DNA of 64,000 nt from Pocillopora damicornis (Eukaryota): assembly GCF_003704095.1 (NCBI RefSeq), contig NW_020845543.1, positions 124,001-188,000 on the forward strand. Reading direction: 5' to 3'. Both the position numbers and the translations under genes were made by a program. This document shows, piece by piece, positions 25,301 to 37,300 of the stretch; within the stretch, counting starts at the first letter, position 1; the number at the start of each line of letters is the position of its first letter. The notes under the pieces are model-generated. The model was not told where the DNA came from and made no database searches. It worked only from the letters and a program-made list of their open reading frames with translations.

Positions 25301-28300
25301 ACAACCAGGCCCTGAAAATTGCATATCTGAATCACATCGCGGTCTGATTATCTTAAAAAAGTAAAATGAAATCTTCATGGAGTGGTATTTTTTTGCCTTC
25401 TTAGGCCTTTTAAAGCGTCTTTTCATGAAATTACTTTCAACAGATTGCCGTTAAGAGAAGAAAGGGAAACTATTTAGACTACATAATCATAGACCAGATA
25501 ATTAATTACTTTTTAAAATACCATCTGGTTCAGTATCCCTGGATATTCATGGTGTATGCTGTCTTAACCTCCCTTTAATTGAAAATACTCATACACGTAG
25601 TTCTTTAATCCTTTACACCCTAACATCAGTATACATTTTCTCCATACTGCTCTCTATACATTTCCTATGGTACTGACAAAGAGAGTTTGTTTAACAATCG
25701 AGAGCGTCTTTATTTGGTGATCATTTCCTTTATTCTCATGACCTCAATGTTTATTTTAGGGGTGATACTGATAGGGAAAATAGTTAGTAATCACTCTTAG
25801 GGGTTAAAGGGCTAAACCTCTGTACATCAACAGATAACCGAATAACATATTGAGCATATTTTACAAACCAACAATTCAAGAAAACAAACAAATCATAAAA
25901 AGTAGAAGCTTGCCAACACAACGCAAAGCAAAAAAAGATTATTGGATCGAACATGTGATTACCTTTGAAGAAGTCCTGCATCGAGATCCTAGCTTTCCCC
26001 TCCACTTTTTTCTTGGCGTCTCTCAGTTCAAAAACCAATCCTGCTTCATTTGATATGGCTGTTCCTCCCGCGGTCTACATTAGAAAATGTTATATAAGGG
26101 AACTACCTTGATATGAAGCAAATCCAGACTGATCTGTCCAAATTTTCCCAATTGGATTGTTTAATCCGACAAGAAATTTTTCCGTTCCTTCCCTGATATG
26201 AATAAAAAACGTAGGACATGACGTGTTTCATTCTGTACGAAACTTCTTCTCCCGTCCGCGCGCTCCTAGGAAAAAATTCGACTGAAACTTTGAGCAGTTT
26301 AAAGGAGTCTTAAAAGTAAGGCGCATTAGTTGGCAAGGCACAATCTAGCTAATCAATACAGAAGGGAAATATTTTCTCTCAACAATAGCACTTTTGAAAC
26401 GAGTGATTGCTGATAAGCCTTCTCAATCCTTTCTATTCTTTGAGTTTTTCCCCCAAATTTTGCGAGGCACCGCTTATTCCTTGTATTTCCCTTTGAAATT
26501 TTGCGCAAGTAATTGCTACCCGCCGACCAAAAGGAGCCATTTGCCCGAGCGCAAGGTTTGGCCGATGTGCCTCGATGTGTTGAGGGTTCCTCGAATTAAG
26601 AGACAATCTTAAGTTAGTCTTACTTGGAAGATATAATTCCATTTTGCCATTCCACTCTCAGGAGCAAGTTGGGGAGTGGTGCACATTGAAATGTATTCAT
26701 ACTTGACACTGCTTTTACGGCCATGACGAGGACTTGGAGAAGATAAAAAAATGCAATTTGTTTTAAAATAAGTTATGGGCTAGGTTGGCGTTGAACTGAA
26801 ATCTGGGATGCAGATCTTGGATGTGTTTAAGGAGAGAAAGAACTTCCTGACGAAGCTGGAATTCATCTTGACTGCGCAGTTTTATTGAAGAGCGCTCATG
26901 GCTTACCACAGCTTACCTGCCCTTTACAACCAAGAATGGTAAGACTTTCCACTCAAGCTTGAAAGAAATATTCTTCCAAATGATTTCTATACAATTTATT
27001 TGATGCTAGTGTTGGGAATCCCAGAATTCATGTTGTTTGACCCCTCAGCGAGTATCAACCAGGCAATGTGTCCCTTTCTGAATCACTACTCCAGCTGAGT
27101 ACAGTCTATTTGTCGGTTAATGTTTCGCCATTACACATCATAACACACTGGTGTCGCATACTCACATCTCAACCCGTGCTCTAATCTGGAATGTACCCCA
27201 ACCTAGCAAAGGCACACAAAATGTAAAAAAAGTTGCAAACGGAGTCGCTCTCCCGTGGAAATGCAACAATTCTCTTGCTTACCACTAAAACTTTCTTTAA
27301 CACTTGTTATCCACTCCAAAGAGGTAGGAATTTTTGAACAAAATGTAATTTCTGTAGAATCTTTTCTTTTTTATTGTTTGAAAGGTGCTAAAATAGCCTT
27401 GAAAGTGGCCCTAGAGACAGTGTCAAAATAAACCGGGATTGCGGATTGCTTTAATTGTTTGCTTTACTAGGCTATCTGAATGTTCTATAAATCTCGTGAC
27501 ACTTTTTCAATCAGTCAGGATTAAAACTGAAACTTATCGTATCATGATCACTTTTGGTCTCCTTCGGTCAAGGCCAGTTCATTACGCTATACTCATTACC
27601 TGTTATTTCTGAAGCTTGAATGATTTCTCCTGACACGCTATAAAACAAAGGTGGAATCCGACTTTCTACGTACTCTGCAAGAAATAACACATAAAATGAA
27701 TAAAATGAAACAGTGTGAATTTTTTGGCTGGTTTGATATTTTACCATGTACCTGGGTAATAGAGAAGTTGCTTTTGAGTCAAGTCATAGACTGAATTCGT
27801 GTTTGTCTAACGTTGAACATACTGCTTGAAAGAGCAATGTTGAAAACATCCTATGCTTTAGGAAACAAATCTTTTTTTTCCATTTATCAAATATCATCTA
27901 ACGGCAACAAAAGTCAGAATCAACCCAGTACCGTCCATCTTGTTCAGTGTAAGATCAAATACGTCTTTCGGTGCCTCAGGCTGTTCCCCAGCATCACTGA
28001 TGCCCGAGTCATTTCCGCTTTCTCCCGGTTGTGACGGCATTTCCCCCGCTTTCTCAGCCTCTTCCTAATTAGATCAAAAACGTTCGTTGTGAATAAAAAA
28101 AAAAAAAAAAAGATAAAGAAAGCGTAAACTCTTCACATTTCTAGCAACAATTTGTTTTTAAAGAAGTATAAAAATTACCTGCTCGCCCGGCCTAGAAATT
28201 TTGAATTGAAGTTGAATTTCTCCTGAGTCAGCCTCTTGAAGCTTAAACCACTGAGGTTCTCTTTTCTATCAAATGATGAGAATTATAAATTACAAATATC

Positions 28301-31300
28301 ATGGAACAGAGAAATGCTAGAAAAGAGAACAGCTGATTGGGTGAGAAGCATGGAAAATATATAGCGAGAATTTTGAGACCAATCAAGCAAATAAGCCAAG
28401 GAAGTCTACTTTTTCGTTTCGGTTTAAATTGAATCAATTCCTGATTTTTTTCTCTTTTTTAAAAGTATTTAGGAAAAAGGATGAATTGAAGAAAGAGATG
28501 AACCTTAGCAGCTTCTTTTACGTCATCGACGGTCAATGGAACTGATCCCATGAAGTCATTCTGAAAAACATCTTTGTCAAAGACATCCTGAAAAAAATTC
28601 GAGGAGAAAGCTCTTGGAATCTCTCTATATCTTCACAATGTATAGCGAAACCCCCCAATGCCCTCTTTCCCTTGCTTGTTGCAATCCAATCCTACTGTTG
28701 CCTGTCTTCTTTCCTATCAGTTGCAACTTTCCAAGCACCTTAAACAGAACCCTATGTCTAAACATTCCATCTTCCTTTGATAACAGAGACCTTGCAGAGG
28801 TCATATTGAAGAAACTTTATAACCAAGGTCAATGTAAAGAGATGAACTTACGAAAGAAATCTTATCTCCTTCTTGTGGCATGGCTATGGAGACGGATTCG
28901 TTCCACACCGGAGACAGAGTTTCATACGCCACGTTGGTTTTGAACTTCTTTGCATTGTTAACGCGCACCACACAGAATGGATCACTAAGGCCATTACTGT
29001 CCATGGCAACCATTTCTTTACCCTGGAGAAGTGTTATCACTAGAACACCAAGCTCTGAGAAACAGAAAGGAGAAAAATCTGTTTTAAAACTGCCAGGATT
29101 ATGTAAATTACTTTTTTTTGTGCTTTTCGGGTTTTGGGTTAGTTTAGTTTCAGCGTTCTGGCAGCTTTTTGTCAATTAGTTTAATATTGAGTGCTTATTT
29201 TGTTTCATATGTTAGATTTTATTTTGCATATTTTAGCATTTTTTACTTCGTTAGCAGCTTCTTTCAGTGACAATCGTCTTTTACTACTTCACTTCGTTTC
29301 GCTCAGTTATGTATCGATTCGTTCGCTTCTGATGGTTAAAATAAATTAGATATGTGGCCACAGTCCCCATCAATACAGGCTAAGTTTGGGATATCATACG
29401 TGTGCAGCATGGTTATTGAGGTGTGTTCATGGTGGCGACTAAGGAATTGTCTTTCTCTAGGGAATGCTTCTCCTTTAAATTCAATAATCTTTTTAGGCTA
29501 CCTTTGATCAACATCATTTCCTCAACTTGTCTTTTGATCTTCATACTGCTCTTCATGGTGTGTTTTTTGGCGTGTTCCTGTGAAAAAAAAGAAGTATTGA
29601 TAACATGCATATCTAAATTTAAAGCAAACGAGAGCTGTTAAATTCACCTCTGACACATGGTCTCTAAGATTTTTAAAGTACTTTCTAACTATTTACCTAA
29701 TAAATATAAATATCCTTTTACAAAGATTGTCTATGAAGAAAGTCAGGGCTGCATGTCATTATTTTATGACTATCTCGTGAACTTAAAAGCCGCCAAACTT
29801 ACATTTATATCATCGATATCTTCACCCTCCACTAAGCCATCAGCGACAGGTTCTTTCTCTGGAGAACACGAAAAATAAAGTTAATGAAATTTGATGAAGT
29901 AGTTTTGAAGATGGAGCTTCTGTGGTCAGGATTTGTCTATGCCACTGAGGTGTTTTCTGTCGTTGTTGTTGTTGTTTATCACAAAAATAAAAGGAAAGTG
30001 TAATTGTGAAGCCCACATCTGAAATTTGTGGATTCACCTCAGTCTTTGGGGACCTTACAATCTCTTGTGATATTACGGGAAAGAAAAGGTAACGCCACAT
30101 GATAGAAGTCACCAGGGTTAACCGAGCAAAAGTTTATTACGAACTAACTTCACACTCTTTTAGTACAAATTGTGTAATCATCACAAATGCAAGTGTAAAT
30201 TTTAAGGAATGAACTCCAAACAAATGTAGTTGAAATATCGAAAGAGCAGTCAAACTATATAACTCGTCTACCTGATTTGGTGACCGACTCGATGGGTTGA
30301 AACACCGCTGAAACTGTAAGTGAGCCTGCCTTCATGATAGAGTCATCTGATCTCTTCTTTCCAAACACTTTATACTTTAACTCTAACTTTCGTTTGATGA
30401 TTGCAGGCTCATCCTGCAACGTAAAAGGAGCATTTCCAGTGTTAGTTTATATTAATTTTAGTTAGCTTACCGGTTTAATTAGCCATTCATTTAAAAGTCA
30501 ATTGGCGCATAATGAAGTATTCTTTTTTCTCCCCGTGGTCTAGTTAAAGGAGTAATTTTTTTATTTACGCTTTGTTAGAAAGACTCCTTAAACCAAGCAC
30601 AGGCAAAATATAACATACCAAAGTCATTTGCAGGTTACAGGATCCCATAAAGTCATCGGATTGACCCTGCCAGTTTACGTCACGGTCATACACCAGAAAG
30701 GAAACATTGGTCTGGGGAAAAACAAAAAACGGTTTATGTTTATAGCTGAACTTGTTTCACTTGATTCCCACTTGATTCTCACTTGTTTCTTTTTCGTTGT
30801 TTTAGAGTAGGCGGTGGCCCATTGTTACAGGGCAGAAAGTAGGATCGAGGTGACTGGAAACGAGCCTGACCGTGTGATGTGATTTAGGACACTCCCTCTC
30901 CCAGCGTCTCTCTCTGCTCAGGAGTATTGTGGGCACCAGCAAGCTGTTAAGGTGCTGTCAACGAACAACCCGGGCTCGATGCCATTGCATCCCATAGAGG
31001 TGGAATGAAAATACCTTTTGTAACCTTAATTATTCACTGTCAGATATCTAATGGCATTCTTCTCACCTTTGTAAAGTCTTTGACGGGGAATTCCACCACA
31101 GATTCCCACACAGGATTGACAGATCCCGAGACGTGAGGAGTGGTTCTTATCTAGAAAAATACAATGATATGTACTGTCATCATAAAGCGTTTTTGAAACA
31201 GATAATCAGTGCACTCTGTGCTCATAATGTAACGCACCTTTTCTCTATCAGCTGCTATAATGCAATAGGGATCACTGAACCCGTCATCATCCATCGACAA

Positions 31301-34300
31301 TAGCTTCTCACCGCCATGAACGACCACGAGAAGAAGACCGGACACTGGAACATGCAAACAAGCAAATTAAACTGTCGGTAAAATTATGTAAAGATTAACA
31401 ATACAAGGAAGCAAACCCACTGGACGTTTCATTGGGATGTGTGATACTGCTATACTGCAAGAGGTTAGATGAAGGCTCTTTTTGCAGAAAAAATTCAGCC
31501 CGCATTTCTCCTTTCCAGCGAAGTCTAGAATACTCAGGTAATGATCGCCAGCAGTATGATACGACGCATAAGAGTGTAAAGCTGATAAGGACTGATGTCA
31601 GTGACTATAACTACCAACACAACGGATTCGATGCCGACACCAGGAATGGCATTTGAACACGCATTTAATCTTTGGTTAAAACTGAAAGAAATATACATAT
31701 GAACCAACGTTACGGTAGAGAAAAACCCAAGCCGAAAGCGACACAAAACCTAAATAGACAATCGCCAAAAAATGACACTTACATTTGACATGGCTCTGGA
31801 AATGGCTACATAAACTTTACTGTATACTGCTGTTGTGTTTCCAAGTAAACTAAAACGAATTGAATAACGGTCCTGCCAAAACTATGAAACTTAAACTGCT
31901 GAAGCCACGAAAGCATTTGAATAAATTGCACGTGTATAAGCGCATTCCACAAGCCAGGAAACAAAGGCTAACTAAATGTATAGGCGTTAACGATCTTACA
32001 CCGGCCCCGAAGTGTTGAGCCACGGGCGAAACACTCATAATACAATACAAGATCTAAGGACTGTATACAATTGAAAATACTGTCTTGATGACAAAAAAAG
32101 GGAAGAAGAAATAAGAGGTAACAACGCGAACCGTTTCAGCTATGTGTTCATTCAAAAGCAGCGTCTCCTTAAGATAGTTAAAGTCTGTAATCTGGTGATG
32201 GCACGTTAAACTTGAACTAGGTCGCCTTAATGTTCCTTGCTTCTAGATTTGTCGCCTTTAACAAGAAGACAAAACTTGCCAATCGGTCTCTCAAGAACAG
32301 CTGACTTGACGTTTACTATTGCGCGACGAGCGAATCATTTCTTGTCAAGAAGAATGTCAATAACTCTTTCACGGGGCCACGAGTTGCAGTGCGAATTCTC
32401 CATAGAAACCAAGACGACGTCTCCAATGGCTAAGTTTCTTCTCGGTGGAAAGCCCCTCTGCTTGCTTAGAAGCAAAAGGAGATACTCCTTGGACCACCGT
32501 TTCCAGAAGATATCTGCAGGGCACTCTCCATCGGCGACGTGACAGTAAGTCGTCTTTTCGAAATAACCCGTGGGCATTGTAGGCACAGAGCGTAACAGCA
32601 ACAAATGATTAGGCGTCAAGAGCTCCGGATCTCGCGGGTCGCTTGAAACTATTGTGATTGGACGGCCGTTCATAATGCTCTCTACCTCGTGCATTAAGGT
32701 AACCACGCCTTCATCATCTACTCTTTGAGAATTGCGTGAAGCACCTTTCGAGTTAGGCGAATGCAACGTTCCCAAACGCCGCCGTAATGGGAACCGAAAG
32801 GCAGATTAAAGGATCACTTGATATTTCTTTGCATCAAATCTTCATGAATTTTCGCCTGATTCCAAGCATTGGTGGATTGGCGGAGCTCTTTCTCGTCGCT
32901 TGCAAAGTTGGTACCGTTATCTGAACAGATATCTTTAACCTGGCCCCTCCTTGCTATGAATCTTCTCAACGCCAACAGGAAGAAATCGGTGTCCAAACTG
33001 AACGCGACTTTGATGTGCATCACGCGAATAACCAGGCAAGTAAAGATAACTCCATATATCTTACGAGACTTCGACCAAGCCGCACTAGAAAAGGACGATA
33101 CCAACTGCTGTGAGACTGAGACAGGACTCTTCTCACTGCGGAGCTTGCTTTGACGATCAAGAATCTTTCGCGTAGATGACTTAGCTCGAACTGTCGACCA
33201 GAATGATCGGTGATCGCGTGATTATCAGCTTAGGTACATGATCGGTTTTTCGCAGGATGATCTGATCCTTAGCATTAAATGGTTCTGGCGCCAAGCTCAA
33301 TCTCCCGCCCACACGCAACAGGCCATCGACCAGAATTGGGTCCAGACTTCGAAGCACAGCTACCTTTCTCGACACGCACCACGCTGACCGACTTGGTTAT
33401 TGAGTTGAACTCCTCAGAAAATGATGCAACTAAACACACTTCAAGATTTCTAACTCTGCGGTCTCCATTTCTTTAACGGTACTACACTGTAAGTGGATTG
33501 CTGGGACTGTCTTTGCTGATTTTTTACCTTTGCTGGCCATTCGAAAATTCTCATAATACCGTAGGAGTCAAGCAACTGGTTTCTTAGGACAATATCAGGA
33601 AGACGTACGTTTAAAGTACTCTATTAGTGGCCGAGGGGGCTCAGTCACCGATGCGATACAGGCACTCGCGTCCACCTTCACCTCTGGATCTGTGTCTGGA
33701 ATGCTGCCTAAGGACGTAGGCCCCTAAGGCTACAGCGTTTTCGGCTTCCAGAAAAATTCCGGCCCTTTTGTCCATCGTTCGCTAGCAAGAAGAGCTTTTG
33801 CTAATAACCCCCATGAGAGGTCGCCATTCACATGTCTCCACTGGTCTGGATCAGTACCGTCTCGTGTTATTGCAATGCGATTGGAAGCAAACGTGCGGAA
33901 TGGCTTGTTCTTGTTTTTTACGTAATGTAACACTGACGTGCTCTCCGTGCAGAATAGTTCTCGGTCAATGGCAGCTCAAGCGCTCTCTTCAGAACTTTAT
34001 CCAACCGGACCGAAACATTTGCGTCTGAAGCTCCAAACGAGGAACAGTGACTTGTTTAAGAGGAACGAGACGTGACTTCCCTTGGAGGATGGCACAATGA
34101 ATTCTGTCGTTGTTATCAACCAGACGCAGTTACGAGACCGACGTATAACCGTTTTCCGAGCCGTCCGAAACCAAATCCGTTGGTCTCTACCGTTCTCTAC
34201 CATCCAGTGAACACCAAGTGCGCGTTCAATTAATTGATAACTCATCCTTCTGAAGGTCTAGCTTTTTGATTCCTTAAGCACGTTTTTTCTAAGGAATACT

Positions 34301-37300
34301 CTGTAAAACTTCACGGCTGCAACTGATCCATTTCGTCAATCGAAAACCACCTCGCTCCTATAGACTGCGTTACTCACGGACATGCGTGATAGCTTCATTG
34401 ACTGATGGCAGCGATTTAAGACAGTCGTCAACGAATAAGTTTCGTTTGACCGTGCTTGCCACGTCAGGGGAGAAATGGCGAGCGTTATCTTCCGCCGTTT
34501 TCCGGAGGGCAAAATTTGAACAGGCAGGAGACGATACAGCGCCAAACAGATGAACTGTCATCTAATATTCTCCCAATGCGCATGATAAGTTGCCACTTGG
34601 CCACCACAGAAACCGGAGAAATGAAGACTGTCAGGGTCAGGCACTCTAACGAGGTGGAACATTGACTCGATGTCCGCCATAACTGCCACATGTTCCTAGC
34701 GAAATCTTGTAAGAGGACTTCCAAAAGAAAATTGGTGATGTCTGGTCCTTTGAATACCAGATCTTTGACCGACTTTCCCCTATACCTCGCTGCACAGTCA
34801 AAGACCACACATATTTTACCTGGCCTGTGTGGATGATAAACCCCACGGTGGGGAATGAACCACGTCTTGACTTCGCAGACTGATTCCCTTTGATAAGGAG
34901 GGGGTCTTCGTATGTATCTCTTTACGACGATGTCCTCGACGAAGGCTTTGTAGTCCTCAAGTAACTTGGGGTTCTTTCCAATTTTTTCTTCAGCAAAAGT
35001 GCGCACTATTCGGCCGGTATACGGTTGTTTGGCACTGGATGCTGCCTTAAACTTAAACTGCCGAAGCCACGAAAGCGTTTTAAATAAATTACACGCGTAA
35101 AGGTGCATTCCACACGCCCCACATAGGAAACGATAGGCTGTGACTAATTTGACAGATTAGAATAACAAAAAGGCTGAAAGTTATCGGTATCTGCTAAGGG
35201 GTGTGCTTTGAGTCGGATTTCAAAGAAGTAACAAGTGGCGGGGGTGAGAAAATGTCGATCAAGAATCGTCCTGGGATTTTTGCTATCGGGATTGTTTGTA
35301 AAATAACTTACGAGAAATTCCATTCAGAATAAAAAGTTTTTTTCTTTTTCTTTTTTGAAGGGGGGGGNNNNNNNNNNNNNNNNNNNNNNNNNNNNNNNNN
35401 NNNNNNNNNNNNNNNNNNNNNNNNNNNNNTTACCAGGACTTTCTTCAGTAGGTTTGTGGTATTTCTCAAGGAATTCCTGTTCATCTGTGCGACTGCTGAC
35501 TTCATAAGGCTTCAACTGAGTGTACTCCAGAGTGACTTCCAACTTGGATCCTTTTATTCCTTCCTTACTCAAAGTTGTGTCACTGTAAAGGGAAATTTGC
35601 AGAATTTTAAAGATGCCGATAAGATGCATTATCTATCGATCTGTTTCCGTGTTGCCCTGTTTTTTCATCGTTTTGGATTCTCACGTCAGCCAGTCCCTCA
35701 TTCTATTTTAGGTAATGACCTGTTTGACAACTTTTCTTAAATACACAGGTCTTAAATTTTACACAAAGAGATCAAATTCGTGAGGGTATGTTTAAAGAGG
35801 AAGGCCTTTTTTGTTTTTAACTTTATGAATAGCAGCCATTAAAAGCTTTGTGTTTTTTGTTTAAAATAGTGGATATTCAGTTAAAGCTCATTTTAATACT
35901 AATTTTTTAAGAAAAACACTTACACTTTCTTCTTCTTTTCCAGTCCGAGGCTGCCTAGGTACATCTTGTATTTTGCAATCGAATATTTAGTTCCAAAAGT
36001 CCTCTTGCCGCGTACTTCAATATTAAGCTGTTGTTAACAGAAAACGAGGAACAATAGTAAAAGTCTTATATCCATAGGAAAACGATTTGACGTCTATTTA
36101 AAGGAATTTATTGTTTAAAGTAGAGTGCTTTACGAGGATCATGCATCGGCGGCTACTCACGGAAAAAGTTATTGAAACCCCTGGTGCTGACGTTTGAGCG
36201 TGAGCAAAAAACAAAAACTTGGCCATCCTTCAGAGATGAAAGTCTGAGAAGGTAAGACTTTAATCGAACTTAACTTCAGAAGATCTGACAAAAACCAATA
36301 CTCTTGATATTTTTCTTCCAGGTAAAGGAAAAAAATCACGTTTTGAAGCTCAACATTCCAAAAGCCAGTTTGTAGACGGGAATGAACTGTCTGCAGTTTA
36401 TCAAATACCTTATCATTCGCAAGGTCATAGATAAGTAGGGATATTGACTCCTCGAATGTGGTTCCACCCTGAATCTTCTCAGTATTTTTCTCATCAAGGT
36501 TACCAACTTGAAGTGACGTCCAAATCTGATCGTCTGGAAAAATAATCAAGTTTTAGAGCAAAAGAGAAAAGAAAGGAAGAAAATGAAAGTGCTGGGGAAA
36601 CCGAAGGGTGACAAATACAATTAAGACAAAACAAAACAAAAAAAACCAGGACTTTTTATCGTTATTCATGGTTATCTTATCCCATGAAAAGAAATAGAAA
36701 CTTTGTAACTAGTGACTAGCAATGTGGATCGCAAATTTTCAGCCGTAAATGTGTTAAAACTGCTGTTTGTCTTCTTCAAGTGACGAGACGGACTGTTTAC
36801 GTTTAAGTTTAGAAACTTTGCTGTATTATTGTTTGCTTGAGGTTCACATGATTATTTCTGATTTTTATTTCCTTCCACTTGTTCCGTGTCTTCCGCGCGT
36901 TCCAAAAAGGAAAACTAAAACTATGACAGTGTTTTCTCTGCAAGTTTTTAAATCCATTTTTTTGTGTAATTGCATTTAAAATTAATTTGATCGATTGAAT
37001 TCATTTCCATCGTCATGTTTTAGAAAGGGTCCATATTGGTAAATGGCTCCAAACTTCATTTTGTCACACTGTAACAAAAATAAATTAAGAGCTTCCATGA
37101 TATTATTTACCTGTATATTTTTGAGGCATTCCACCCTTCAATGTGACTGTTAATAGTCCATCAGCTGAAAGATTATCACAAAAACAGCACTAATTTCCAA
37201 CAGAAAATGGTGCTAAAACAAAGTGGCCTAATTGGTAACCAACTAACTACTGAACCGGTTTCTTCAAGTACAACAAACCGTTATTTCATGGGGAAAAAAG

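Noticed and set aside
26107-26192. Apparent minus-strand exon ([28 protein letters not shown]) with AG/GT ends in gene A
   Set aside because: It would need a 32-nt intron and breaks frame with exon 26074; joining 26624 directly to 26074 gives a clean frame.
29413-29501. Premature stop in gene A (ORF ending ...MNTPQ*)
   Set aside because: The donor AAAG|GTAGCC at 29502 splices in frame to 29054, so the stop is intronic.
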